A stretch of 64,000 bases of DNA from the human T2T-CHM13v2.0 reference genome, Homo sapiens. The translations under genes and the position numbers were made by a program. Under the pieces are notes generated by a model. That model was not told the origin of the DNA, did not search any database, and saw nothing but the letters and a program-made list of their open reading frames with translations. Below are positions 42,480 through 55,949 of the stretch, in pieces. Where the stretch lies: assembly GCF_009914755.1 (NCBI RefSeq), contig NC_060947.1. The stretch is one strand, 5' to 3'. The stretch's first letter is position 1, and every line of letters starts with the position of its first letter.

Positions 42480-43545
42480 TTTCATTTACTTTGAATAAAC
42501 TTTATATACAATCAAATGCATCTTCTTTAAGTGTGCAGTTTGTGTATGTCCATGTTACCATCAACACAATTCAGATATAGAATATTTGTGTTTTAATAGG
42601 CTTTATTATTACTTAGGTATGGTAAAGGCTGACAGAGCAGGAAATGACTGTCATTCAAAAGACAGTTTATTATACTCACAGTTTCCAAGAGAGGGAGTAC
42701 ACTTCACACTATTGGGGAGTCACCTGGGGAATCACTGAGGGTAAGGTAACGAAGCCAGTGGGCAAGAGAAAGAGGAACTGTGGGCCTAGGCCTTTATCAT
42801 GGTTTCTGCAGGAAGCATAAGGGAGGAGAAATGACCTTTGGTTGTTAGAGAAGTGAATGTAGACTCTGGATTGGTTGGTTTGTATTTAAAGTGACTTAGG
42901 TATTTCACTGGGTTGTCCAGAGCAAGGTGTGTTCGGCATATGCATGCAGGGCAGATGTTAAAGCATCACATTTACAGATGGTAGAAACATGGTTAATACA
43001 AATTCCATTAACACAGACGTTCCCTCACAGCTGTTTGCAGAAAATCCCTCCCCAAACCCTGGCTCTAGGCAACCACTTACTTGCTTTTTATCAACATAGT
43101 TTTGCTTGTTCTAGAATTTTACAAGTGGGATCATACAGTGTGTGCACTTTTGTGCCTGGCTTCTGTTTCTCAGGAGAGTTTTGAAATTCATTCATGTTGT
43201 TTTGTTATCAATAGTTTATTTTTTATTGCTGAGTAGTATTCCATTGTATGAGTATACCACGATTTGTTAATCCATTCATCTTTGATAGACATTTGAATTC
43301 TTTCTTGTTGTGGGCTATTACAAATATTGCTGCTACAAATATTCTTGAAAATATCTTTCGGGGCCACAGGTGTACATTTCTCTTAGGCAAACACCCAGGT
43401 ATGTAATTTCTGGGTGTGTGTTTAACTTTGTAATAAACTGCCAAATGGTTTTACAAAGTGATCATGCCATTTTATACTCACAGCAGTGTACGAGAGTTCC
43501 AGTTGCTCCAAATCTTTTCCAATAAATGATATGGTCAGTTGGGAT
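42480..43545 (-). mobile_element. L1M 3' end split by an LTR
   Basis: Reverse L1M motifs GAGTAGTATTCCATTGTATG and CTGCCAAATGGTTTTACAAAGTG. Confidence 0.7.
42588..43000 (-). mobile_element. MER74/MER76-like ERVL LTR
   Basis: The reverse complement starts TGTATTAACCATGTTTCTA...GTGATGCTTTAACATCTG. Confidence 0.6.
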
Positions 43546-43589
43546 GTAGATTTTGATAAATATTGTGCTCCAAATGTGTATCAGATGCA

Positions 43590-44040
43590 ATGTTGTTGGT
43601 TGTTTAAACCAACATCTGTTCCCACCCCCTTTCTTTCTTGCCTCTCTGCATTAAGCTAACACATTCTCAGTCTCCCCTGCATCTATAAGCGTTCAATTAT
43701 ATCACAGTTCCAGACAGGACGGTATAAACCAAAGTCTGCTGGGATCTATCTAGGTAAGCTTTTATTTACCTAATACAGGAAGAGATGTGTCAGCACTACT
43801 TTCTCTCTCCCTCCTTGCTCCTTACTGACTTGAATGCAGACATGGTTCCTGGTGCTGTGGTATGCGTCTTGCCACAGTGAGAGGGAAAGGCCAAGAGAAC
43901 CACAAGAGATAATGGAAGCACTGAGCCACCAAAACAGAAGCCACCTACCTTTAAACTTCTAATTATATGAGAAAAGTAAACCTCAACTTATTTAAGCCAT
44001 TGTGCCCTAGGTACTCTCTTACTTGCAGAATATCGGACTA
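43590..44040 (+). mobile_element. MLT1H-like MaLR LTR
   Basis: GAGAGGGAAAGGCCAAGAGAACCACA and TATGAGAAAAGTAAACC...TTTAAGCCA. Confidence 0.65.
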
Positions 44041-45159
44041 ACATTTTTTCATGTGTTTATCATTCATAAAGAATACAAAAGGGAGTCAACAGCTGGTACC
44101 TCTATTGCATGTTTTTCATCTTTAGTATTTTGTTCTTTTAATATACATTTACTTAATTATGACTGAATTTGGAACTTAATTTGCTTAAAAGCTATTCATT
44201 GTCTTTCCTGTTATATGCCTGTATACATCTTTCGGATATTGATTCATAAAAATTCTTTATATCTCAATAAACTCAGCTCTTCATCTGTCATATTTTTCAT
44301 TTGTCTCTCAACTTTGTGTAGGTAGGTTTTTTGCTAATCAGAAATTTTTAGTTTTTATATAACATGCTTTAAAATGAGATGTCCTATATTCAAATGTTGT
44401 TTTTGCTCTTTACTAGTTCTGATTCAGGGACTTTTCTACACTCAGTTATCTATCATTATTATGGTGGGAAATCCTTCCTAGGGTTCTTTTGAGGATAAAA
44501 TGAGTTAATACATACACGACATTACATTATTTTCTGCATATAATGAGCATGCAAATATGAGCTTCCACTGTTATAATTTACAATTATGCTATTTACCTCA
44601 TTATTAGGGTTCAAGTTGTTTCCTTTTATGTTTTTTAGAGTTTGAGTCTTGCTTGGAAATCTGTTTTAACTATAAAATTATGTTTAAAAAATCATCTTTT
44701 GAAATATTTCTTTTATGATTTTTAAGAAAAATTTTGTTGCAGTTAAAGAACAGAGTTGTAAATGGCAAACAGCAAAAGAGTAAAGGGTTTTTCTTTGGAT
44801 GGTAGACTAAGGGATAGATATTAAAAATACTTTTATCTGACATTTTTGTAGATGGTTAGAATAGCATACAAAGACACAAGACTCTAGGCTTTCCAGTGAC
44901 TGAAGAACTTGCTTGGGTAGCCGATGTGAGTGCAAAAGGTGTTGGAAAATATCTGCTGTTTGATTGATAGGTTCTTATAAAATGAAATGAGGTATATGTG
45001 GTACTGAGTTGAGCATGGGAAGGAAAGCATGCCCTGGATATCTTCCCAGGTAGCAACACCCTCTAGGAACCAAATAGGGGAAAAGCCTAAGACAGATGAT
45101 ATAATTAGAGTATTAGCAACTATTTGCAAAGTGCTATGCTTATTATTTTGTAAATATGT

Positions 45160-45570
45160 ATTAAGAGGAAAGGCCAGTGCAATCAGATTGTTCTGGACTC
45201 AAGTCCCAGCTACTCTACACCCTGTGTTAGATGACCTTGGGGGAGCTAACTGCCCTCAATAAACTTCAATGTTTTTTCTATTAAATGGGATAAACATGAG
45301 TTCCTATGTCATCAGGTGATTGTGATGATTGAACAAGATCATGCAGTGCACTTAGCACAGCGACTCTTCTAGTACACACTAAGCACCCAAGAAATGTTAC
45401 CTGTAATTACTATCCAGACAACACCATTAGGTAGGTATTATCACCCTCATTTTGTGGATGAGGACAGTGCTGTCCAGAGAGCTTAATTAGTTTTCCCAAG
45501 TTTATCCAGCTAGTAAGTTATGCTGGGATTTGAACCCAGGTCTGTCTGACTCCAAACCCTACGATCTTCC
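45160..45570. mobile_element. Two MIRs tail-to-tail (+ 45160-45400, - 45410-45570)
   Basis: Forward MIR core, then reverse CCCTCATTTTGTGGATGAGGA...GGATTTGAACCCAGGTCTGTCTGACTCCAAA. Confidence 0.75.
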
Positions 45571-45639
45571 TATTTATCAAAGTACTTTATGCCTTACTGA
45601 TTATATGCCTTCTCAGTTCATTGGTATGCACAGTATTTA

Positions 45640-45905
45640 GATCATCTTCCTAAGGGAAATCATACCTAAAGTCACAGAGAAGACACTTTCTTCATTTTTT
45701 CTTTGTGAAAATGTGGCTCCCCTACGGCTTCACCTATAGGTTATAAACAGGTATATGGATCATCCTTCTATGAGAAATCATACCTAAAGCACTAAAAAAC
45801 AATGGCTTTCTTCAGTTTATGGAAAGGCTCTATTCATATTTCCAATCTTTTCTAAAAATGTGGCTCCTCTATGACTCCATCTGTAGTATACATACAGATA
45901 CGTGG
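45640..45905. repeat. Diverged two-copy tandem duplication (~118-bp period)
   Basis: GATCATC..GAAATCATACCTAAAG..CTTTCTTCA..AAAATGTGGCTCC occurs from 45640 and again from 45758. Confidence 0.75.
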
Positions 45906-46419
45906 TAGGTCCAAGTTGGTCTCCCAAGATCAAATTGTGTCTCCCTTTTGGTGGTCTCTACTAAAACAATTTGTTTTAGTTTATGAAATCTTTCAATGCC
46001 ATTATCAATTGAGCTTAAAATGTTATCAAAAATTTAAATTATTATTAACACAAAAATCTAAGAACTATGGACAATCTACTTAGTGTGGGCTTATCTTTCC
46101 CTCGATGCGTATATAAGGGTGGGAATTTCACTTTTTTAACCTACATTAAATTAGAATTTTACAGTACATGCCAGACAAAAATCAGCATTTTTCTCAATTC
46201 TATTTCCATTTTAGACTGTAATTTTGCATTGGCTTACATTTTAATAAAGTTGGCATTTTTACCTCTTCCACATCTGGAACATTTCCAATTGGCTTTTTCA
46301 CATTGTGAACTGAAATAGTAATTCAGTTGCACTGAATTTGCTTTTAGGAATAAACCACCACTTTTGCATTTCTCTCCTTTATGATTTACTGATTTTCAAG
46401 ATGTGCCAGGAAATACAGA

Positions 46420-47232
46420 AATATAGGTATACATATATTGTATACACGTATATAGGTACTATATACGTGTATACATATATTGTATACACGTATATAGGTA
46501 CTATATACGTGTATACATATATTGTACACATGTATATATGTACTATGTGTATACATATATTGTATACATGTATATATGTACTATATATGTGTATACATAT
46601 ATTGTATACACGTATATATGTACTATGTGTATACATATATTGTATACACGTATATATGTACTATGTGTATACATATATTGTATACACGTATATATGTACT
46701 ATGTGTATACATATATTGTATACACGTATATATGTACTATGTGTATACATATATTGTATACACGTATATATGTACTATGTGTATACATATATTGTATACA
46801 CGTATATATGTACTATGTGTATACATATATTGTATACACGTATATATGTACTATGTGTATACATATATTGTATACACGTATATATGTACTATGTGTATAC
46901 ATATATTGTATACACGTATATATGTACTATGTGTATACATATATTGTATACACGTATATATGTACTATGTGTATACATATATTGTATACACGTATATATG
47001 TACTAATATATGTGTATACATATATTGTATACATGTATATATGTACTATATATGTGTATACATATATTGTATACATGTATATATGTACTGTATATGTGTA
47101 TACATATATTGTATAATGTATATATGTACTATATATGTGTATACATATATTGTATACATGTATATATGTACTATATATGTGTATACATATATTGTATACA
47201 TGTATATATGTACTATATATGTGTATACATAT
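46420..47232. repeat. AT-rich 38-bp minisatellite (VNTR-like), ~20 copies
   Basis: Unit GTATACACGTATATATGTACTATGTGTATACATATATT with period 38 (46641, 46679, ...), and 42-bp variant units at both flanks. Confidence 0.95.
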
Positions 47233-47656
47233 GCACAACTGAAGTTAAAATAAAGCAAGAGTTGCATGCATAGTTGAACTTAATGTTAATTTGATTTATT
47301 CATATAGAGTAGCTCTGAGGAGTGAGAAGCTGAATAAAAGCAAATTTAAGAGAGAGAACAAAATATATATATGTAGATTGTTGAGAACACAATTGTTTCC
47401 ATCCCTTCACTGCTTCTGGAAAATAAGTATGATTTCAATTTGTTCAATATTTAAATTTAAGAAGAATATATTCTGTTAAATCAGTAACTCTGGTAAATCC
47501 ACTAGATACCCTACATCAATGTGACTCTTAAATGTTTGAAATAATATGACAACAATTCAAGAAGTCTAAACGGTCCTACCTTTGAAAATAAAGGGGAATG
47601 TAATTTGCCTGTCAAGAATAGCCACTCCGCCATTTTGTTTGAGGGTGAGAGCATGG

Positions 47657-47764
47657 TAGGGTAAACAACCATTCCATTTGCTTGGGATTGGGGAGGTTCC
47701 CAAGATGTGGGCCTTTCAGTGCCCAGGATTTTCCTGGGCAATCCACAATGAGTTGGCTAGCATA
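47657..47764. mobile_element. MER94-like hAT-Blackjack MITE
   Basis: AGGGTAAACAACC...GGGCCTTTCAGTGC...CCTGGGCAA...GAGTTGG follows the MER94 consensus. Confidence 0.6.
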
Positions 47765-48817
47765 CAGCAGGGAAACCTGTCGTGGGTGTTACAAATTGCA
47801 CCCATCTGGGTTTGATATTGGAACACGTGACTGTCCTTCAAGTGCCCAGAACCAAGATCATCCCTGTAAATATTCACAGTGTCTAGATGGAGGAAAAAAT
47901 CCTGAAACCACAATAAAATCTTAAATGTTTTAAAAGGCTATAATGAAGGCCTTTTGTAGTTTGATTTCTCCAGAATAGTCAGGATGTTGATATAAACAAA
48001 ACATTTCCTAAAATTCAATTAAAGAAAACCAACTCTCCATAAGATAAGTGTCAAGTCTAAAATGAACATCAACTTAGTGGTTTGCCATGAGGGAAAGAGA
48101 TGTTTATATATGCTGAAAATGCAATATTATGTTAAGAAGGCAATTTAGAAAGTAGCTTCTTTTATTATCATAAGCATTGAGTCCTCTAAGATAATAGGAT
48201 GCCCATTTTACATGAAAAAGTCACCAGCGGCTAATATTCTAGAGGCAAGTTCCAATAAAACTATACTTGAATCTGCCACTGTTGCCTACATTCAGCTATG
48301 TCCAGAATTGGGGACCATATTGAAATGCATCTTGTGTAAAGCAAAGACCTCTGAAAATAAGATATTTATGCTCACAGATAAAATATTAAGCGCTTTTAAA
48401 ATGACTAGACACCTCTCTTATCTCTTGTTTACAATTGGCCATTGTGAACAAGTTCTCAACCAGAACATTGGTTGAGGAAAGCGTTCTGGTTGAGAACTTT
48501 TCCATCTACTTTTGAGTTGATTACACTGCTAGACAATATGCACAGATGAAACACAAGAGGGGCTTGGCCTAACTTTCTCCTTTTCATTCTATAAGACAAG
48601 TCAGGGTATAAATCAGATGTCAGCTGAGTCATGCTTTCCCTTTTGATTGTCATTAAGTTGGTTGGTATCTCCATCCCAATTACAGAGGAGGTCCTCCATG
48701 GATTCATGGAGGTAGGTGGGGCTTGGGTTTCTTCTAGTTGTTTCTGACTCAAATTTCTGCTTCTGATGAATTAGATTGGTGTCTCGATCACCTCACCTTA
48801 CTGAGTTTATTGTCTTT

Positions 48818-49237
48818 GGTGACCATAGGCTTGTGCCACTCAGATCTCCCTTTATGAGAACTTCCTGCCAGGAGTATGGTTAGCAGACAACCACCAGCTC
48901 TTGTGCATACAGCTCCCCTGTGGCATTTATGCCCTGAGGTCACTCCCAGCCAATGACTGAGCACAGCAGAGGACTAGAGACAGACCCCTGTCTGATGTGG
49001 ATTCCTCTAATGGGCAAGCTTTGTTCAGGGGCTCCCCATTAGCCAGGCCAAGATGTTCTTGGAGCTGCACTACAGGTTAGGAGTTTTCTGTCCCAATATT
49101 CCTTCCTTTCTTCTTTCCCCTCACAGATGTCAGAGTTGCATCATGGATTAACGACTCTCCCTGACACCTCCTGCTTATCTTTCATTGACACTTTCTCCAT
49201 CTGCATATATGCTTCTTACCGGAGCCAAACTGACACA
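48818..49237 (+). mobile_element. LTR16A-like ERVL solo LTR
   Basis: CCCAGCCAATGACTGAGCA and GGGGCTCCCCATT...GAGCTGCACT motifs. Confidence 0.75.
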
Positions 49238-51309
49238 TAGTTTTTTCTTACTGACCTGTGTGTGCTAGACACCACTCAAAGTACCAATGACACAAAGTTC
49301 TAGGTATAGCAGTTTTTCATCGAAGGTTGGAGGCAAAGGATAGCGTTCACCCTGTTATACACCAAATGATATGAAACTTAATCTTTAGCATCTCTGCCTT
49401 AAAATATTTTGCTCATCCCCCAATCTTGGAATTTCTCATGAACTGTCTTTCCATAGGTTCCCACTTCTTGTCATGTCTTTCACATTCCCAGCTTTGTATC
49501 ATTTCTATGATCTCCATTCTGCACTCAATATTTGCTGTGCCCCCTAGATTCTTGTTAACATTTAAGCCATTGGGATATCATCTGCCACAGCTCAAGAAGC
49601 CTATTATTTATCTTCCTAAAACTGTCAGGCCAGGGTAAAAAATGACATTTTTTCAAACCCTATTGTGCATTATTAAGGATAAAGAACCAAAAGTCTCACG
49701 TTTACAGATGAAAAAGGGACATAATCTCCATAACTCTATCCAACCGGGAAGTATTTCCTCATTCTATGAAGCCATAAGAAAAAAAAAAAAAAGAAACATT
49801 AAATTGGGTTAAACCAATGGTATTGTGGTAATAATTTTATACATTTGATTCTGGCATTACATGAAGATGAAGCATTTCTCTATTTCTTATGATCAACAAA
49901 ATTTTAACTCAATGTGCATTCTTTCATTCAACATTTATTTTTAATGCTACCTGTGTGCCCAATGCAGAATTTGTTTTTAAAACAGTAAATCCTTTGTTTG
50001 CAAATATAATTTCTTATATTTATTTCTTAGACACCAGTATATGTAAGACAATGAAAGACACCTTACCTCATTTCCATAAATACTTATAAAAAATTTGAAA
50101 AATTGTGTGTTTAGGGCAACACTTTTTGTTTGTTGGACATTTGGTCCAATGGTTTCCTTAACTCTTTCTTATTTTCTATGATTTTTACCATAGACAAATG
50201 CTTCTTCCATTCAGGCAGGAAGTTGGTTGTGTTTTAAATAAATAAATGAATGCAGACATATATGTGACCATTTTACAAATTTATATGTTTATTTTTTTGC
50301 ATTTTTTGTGTATGTATGTATTTCCTTCTGAAAGCACACTTGGCCATAATTATGAAAGAAGTACATTACTGGAGACCACAATCTCTGTGTTGAATATTCC
50401 TTTTGCAAACCTTTCTGACCTATGACTCCTGGAAGGAAGAAGCACAGAACGGCAGTGATGCTAGGCTGATACTTCTAATGATGCTTGTCTCTCTGGTACT
50501 TGGAAGGTAGGATGCATTGTGAAAAAACACTCTTCAACCCGAATAGTTTGGGCTACAAAAAGCAGTAGAGTATGGGATACTGCCCATTTTCAGCAAATGA
50601 AATTTGGAAGGAGGATTTCAGAAGTATTCTGGACAACTTGCCCAGTGCCTCAGTCCAGTGTTTAAATGCCAGTGGTGTTTAAAGTGAGACTGTTTGGAAG
50701 TCTAAAAGCCTCACATTCAAATTTCATTGCAAAGGGAGCATTCTTAAGTCACATGCAAAAAATATTATGTTTCGGTTCTGAATTATCTGTGTCTAAGCCC
50801 CTCTACATTCCACAGTTAACAAAGGTTGAACAGAAGTAACATTTCTGCCCTTATTCTCCTCTCACTGCATTATTTATTATCACTTGAAGCAATATGATGC
50901 TGCTAATCCTATGACTGTACAGCCTGACTTGTCCCTTGGGAAATACTCCCAGGGCTAGAGTCTGCTAAGGCTAGGCTAGTCTTAATAATCTACAATTGGC
51001 AAGTCATTCGTTTGAGATATCAACCAAGATGAGCCAAAAGACAGCAGAGATTTCTGACCATCAGTCAGTAAGAAAGAGAAGAGAATGCTCAAAGAAATTC
51101 TCAAGAGGAAAAATGGCTCAATGAATGGCCATGGACTCAAGTCCCATAACCTCTCCACATCTCAGTATCCTCCTTTGTATAATGGTAGAGTTACACTGGA
51201 AAATTCTGGTGTCCTTTTAGCTCTAAAAGTCTACGAATTGAAGTATATGTATGTATTTTTTGAATGACATCAGTGCTTTATCAAACTCGAAATCTGACAG
51301 AGCATCCTT

Positions 51310-51591
51310 TTTTTTTTTTGAGACAGAGTCTCGCTCTGTTGCCCAGGCTGGAGTGCAGTGCTATGATCTCTGCCCACTGCAACCTCTGCCTCCCAGGAGC
51401 GATTCTCCTGCTTCAGGCTCCCGAGTAGCTGGGATTACAGGCACATGCCACCATGCCCGGCTAATTTTTGTATTTTTAGTAGAGACGGGGTTTCACCATG
51501 TTGGCCAGGCTGGTCTCGAACTCCTGACCTCGTGATCTGCCCCCACCTCCCAAAGTGCTGAGATTACCGGTGTGAGCCACCGTGCTCGGCC
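51310..51591 (-). mobile_element. AluS (Sg/Sx3-like) SINE
   Basis: Reverse Alu with a perfect 16-bp TSD CTGACAGAGCATCCTT at 51294-51309 and 51592-51607. Confidence 0.95.
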
Positions 51592-53344
51592 CTGACAGAG
51601 CATCCTTCAAAGGTGCACCCCTTGTGTTTTGTTTCACTAGTTTCACCATGTTAAAAAAGAAAATATTTCATTTAGAAACCAACTAGTAAGCATAAAATTT
51701 AAAAACGTGGTGGAAGTTGTCAGTAGATATCCATGTATGTGTCAAAAGGTGGTGAAAGGGATTGTCCAATTTGTTAACACCTCATTTTTTGATCAGCCCC
51801 TCCATAAATACCTTTCTCAAATCTCAGAAAGAACAAGAACAGAATATACGTAAGCTGGGCTTATTGAATGAGTCCAAAGCCTTGTAGGAAGATATAAAGC
51901 CTTGAAACCACAGATTCTCAGTAAGTGACACGCAAATGTATTCCAACCCTGCAGTCTGCCATTTAAAGGAAGCAGCTCTTATTACATCCTGGGTTTACTT
52001 ATTTGTTTGTTTTGTTTTGTTTCAATTTTACTGAAGTTTGATCACATCTGGCAAATGTCTATACAGCAGAGGGGAGAGGGAAAGAGATGGAATGGGAATA
52101 AGAAAATAAACTTGCCATAGGAGGAGGGGGAGTTCCAGAAATATTTTCTACACAAGTTTCCATAATAAGCCAATGGTAATAAGGTCTCACCACATGCCAG
52201 GCACTGGGTGAGGCCTACAAGGCACCATGCTAGATGGACATCAAAGAGAGAGGGATGAAACACAGCTACTTGGCAGACGCATCTGAGTTAAAAACCCTTT
52301 TGCACGGGCTTGAGAGAGGCTGTTGTCCCCTGGAGAGGCTTTGGCACGGCCAGAAGAAAACATCAAAGACACTCCAGACTTCAAATCCCCTCCAAGGGTG
52401 CGATCAGCAGGACAGGAAATGGGAAAGTCATTCTAGAAGGGATTTGGAAGGGAAGGGGCTTATCCACGGATGCCCCTCACCCTGCACATGAGCTCTCACC
52501 ATGTGTACAGTTAACAGACATGATATGGTGAACAGCTTGGCACCCAGTCAGTAGCAAGTCTTACTCTAGCCCCCGACCAAGAAGCTGTGGGGTAAGGCGA
52601 CACAAGGAAAGATAATGCAATAAGGATGTTTTGTTGTCTTCATGGTCGACTTAATAGTTTGAAAGGATACTATAGAACAGGGAAGCTTGCATTCTAAAAC
52701 AACAGAAGCACAAATAAATAACCAAAGATAAAAGTCCAAAGACCAAAGTCAACCAAAAGAAAATGAACAAATAGGGTTTGCCTGAAATAATATCTGGCAT
52801 GCTAAACTAAAATTCCTGGTAACCCAGCAGGGTTGCTTCATGCTTATAGTACCCCAATATGACCAAGGAACCAAAAGTTGCCAACAAACACAAGGAAAGG
52901 CCTTTAATTCCATGTCACTGGGAAATAATGACAGACTATGAAATCTGTCCATGTGCAGAGCCCAAACAAGACTGAAATTTCACATGCGGCCTGCCATTGA
53001 AGTGGGACCATAAAAATGAAGTCAGCCAAGCTGTTTTTTTTTTTTAAAGACAAAGAGCTCCTACAAAAACAAGGAATAGAAACTTCTTTGAAGAGATAGG
53101 AATGTGCAAGCAAATGTATGGGATACTGTGGATGTATATTGGTTGATTAAACCAAATAACACACACCACATATGTACATATGCGTACACACACACACACA
53201 CACACACACATTTGAAGTTGAGCAAAGCTGAGATTTTTAAAGTAAAGCTGCAGCAAGTGATATATTTTTTAATGAGTTCCCAAGCCTGGTAATCTTCTCT
53301 GCCACATGCCTAGTTAGCGAGGACCCATGCATGCAGCTTGATAG

Positions 53345-53590
53345 CTGTGTAGCATAATGGTCAAGCTTGGAGTTTCTGGAGTGAAACCTTCTGGCCTTAG
53401 ATAGCAGCTTCACTACCAAGTATCAGTGTGACTTAGAAAAGGTCCTGGACCAGACCTCAGACAACATGGGCATAATAGCAGTACTTACCATATATGGCTG
53501 TTGTAGGTATAAAGTGAGATAATACATGTAAAGCACTGGACTGAACCCTACCACATATTACGGACTCAACAGATATTCACTATTAATATC
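53345..53590 (+). mobile_element. MIR SINE
   Basis: GTGTAGCATAATGGTCAAG start and GAGATAATACATGTAAAGCACT 3' region. Confidence 0.7.
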
Positions 53591-55751
53591 ATAAATTTAT
53601 CATAAGCTCTGTGCCCCATATCCCTTTGTAGTATGCACAGCAACTAACAGAGCAAAGAGTAAAAATAGTATTTATTAAATACCTGTTGTTTGATTTACAA
53701 ATTAGGACCCTATTGTTTGTTTGATTTCCTAAGTCCCACAATATAATTGGTGACCTATAAAACAAAATTGTTTTCTTTTCTTTTTTCCTATGTGTTTATT
53801 TTCATCAGTTACTTAAAAAAATTTTTTTCCACTGTAGTCAGTTTTAAAAATTCATCTTCTTAGAACAAAGTAAACACCTGTTCCTTGTCATCAGTATTAA
53901 ATCCCATAAATAATCCTTCTGGAGCCCAGCACAATATTAGCACCTTAGAATAATGTTCCTCACGATATCTCCAAGAAGCATATTCTTCACATGTCCCTAT
54001 TTTTAAAAATACCATATTAAAGTTAATTTAAAAATGCTGAATTAAACAATGTTAATCAGGCATGCAGGACTTACCAGTCATAAAAGTGCTAATGTGTGCT
54101 GTGGATCTCCAAGAGATGAATATAAAATGAAATGCTGTGTTCCAACAGGTTACTTGTCCACACAATTCCTTTTTCATGGAATTACCTCTCTCACAGAGCT
54201 ATAACCCTCATACAGCAGTAATGCTCTGTGGTAGGCACTTTGGGACATTCTATGTTCAAGGGATGACCTGAAGTCTACTGATTTTATCCTGGAAAGTGGG
54301 GGTCACCATCTCATGAGAACACAGTCACTTTTCTGCTCAGGTGGTCTGCATATAAAGCAATGATAGCTACAAAACATCAGTATCCTGATCCCCAGGGCTG
54401 ATTCTGATGATTTTACTGGATGGAATGGTGTTTTTTTTCACTTGCACTACTCCCTGTGTAGGTTCCTCCTGCACCTATAAGCTCAGAAATATCAAATTCT
54501 TAAAAAGATGAATGTAGTACTGGTTTCGGTCAAGGGCATCACTTATTCTGGCTGTGCGTTATGCTGAACACATCATCAGTGGATACTGCAAGATAACACA
54601 ACCTTCATTTGTACTGTGCTTTCCATAGTCATTTAAGCCTGCATTGCAATTTAGTTTCTTGATTAGCGTTTCCTAAACTTTAGGATCATAATAATCACCA
54701 GTGGAACTTGGGAAAAATCATGATTCTTGAGTTCCACCAGCCCTGCAGTCTCCAGTTGGGAGGTCATATGTTTTGAAATGCTCTCCTAGTGAGGCTTATG
54801 ATCAAGCATCTTTTGGAAATTCAAACTTGGCTACATATTACATGTTTTATTTTTTTTTCCAAATACCAGAATTCTAAACAAAACCCACTGCATCAGAATC
54901 TCCAAAGGTGGAATGGGTATCTGTATTTTTAAATGTCTAAGAAATCAGTCAGTCTTTGAGGGGAGCCACAGCTCTATACCATACGCCAGAGATGTACTGA
55001 CAGCTAGGGATGAAATTGGAAACCAGCTTCTCCAATTTGAAGTCTCAGGTTTCTTTTATTGGACCACTTAATATTGGTCATGAGGTACTGACCAGCATGG
55101 CACCCTAAACGGGAGGAGCCCAAATACATACTGAACGAGTAAGGAAGGAATGTCAAAAGTAATACCTGAAAATAAATACTTTTCTCTGAAAATAGGCTGA
55201 GTTGAGAGAAGGGAATTCATCCAAAATTTCCCCATGTGGTTTGGCCAATAGGCTCTTCTTGAGAAGATGTGATCATTCCACTTTACCTTCCAGTATTTTC
55301 TACAGTGGAAAACAGCTCCATAGGTTTTCTTCAGGACATGAGATACCTCCCCAAACATTATCAGGCAGTTTTCTGACTAGTGATATGTTTTCCCAATGTA
55401 TTTTCATTTCTGTTTTGTCCCCCCAACCATGAGCCTGAATATATATAGAACAAGCTCTCCACGGGGAGACATGGCCTCCTGAGTGGGAAATGTGTGAGCC
55501 CTGCTGTAAAGGAGGAGACTCATCATCAGCTATTAGACTCTAGAAACCTCATGCTAGAAAGAAGAGGCAATCTCAACACAGTTACAAAACTAGCTAATCA
55601 TACTGTCAGCCCTGAGAAACTCTTATTTGAAGAATTAGCACAAATGGTAGAAGGAAGTGAAAAAGAATTAAAAGAGAACTTCTGGAACTAATTTTGTTAA
55701 CATGATTCCTACAACAAGACACCCCTCAGGGATCAAGATGCAATTTCTTTT

Positions 55752-55911
55752 GTAAAAAATTTTTTTATATTTCCATAGGTTTTTGGGGAAACAGGTGGTG
55801 TTAGGTTACATGAGTAAGTTCTTTAGTGGTGATTTGTGAGATTTTGGTGCACCCATCACCCAAGCAGTATACACTGAACCCAATTTGTTGTCTCTTATCC
55901 CTCACCCCCTT
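55752..55911 (-). mobile_element. Short L1PB1-like 3' end
   Basis: Reverse L1PB 3'UTR with a 17-bp TSD AAGA(T/C)GCAATTTCTTTT at 55735-55751 and 55912-55928. Confidence 0.9.
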
Positions 55912-55949
55912 AAGACGCAATTTCTTTTTAACAGTTCATCTTTCCTGGG

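Noticed and set aside
46420-47232. Possible CRISPR-like array (also considered for 19955-20275)
   Set aside because: Units are head-to-tail without unique spacers, there are no cas genes, and the DNA is primate.
46338-47273. Long Tyr/Ile/Cys/Val-rich ORFs (up to 243 aa) on both strands
   Set aside because: They are translations of the 38-bp minisatellite, with no splice or promoter context and no domain-like sequence.
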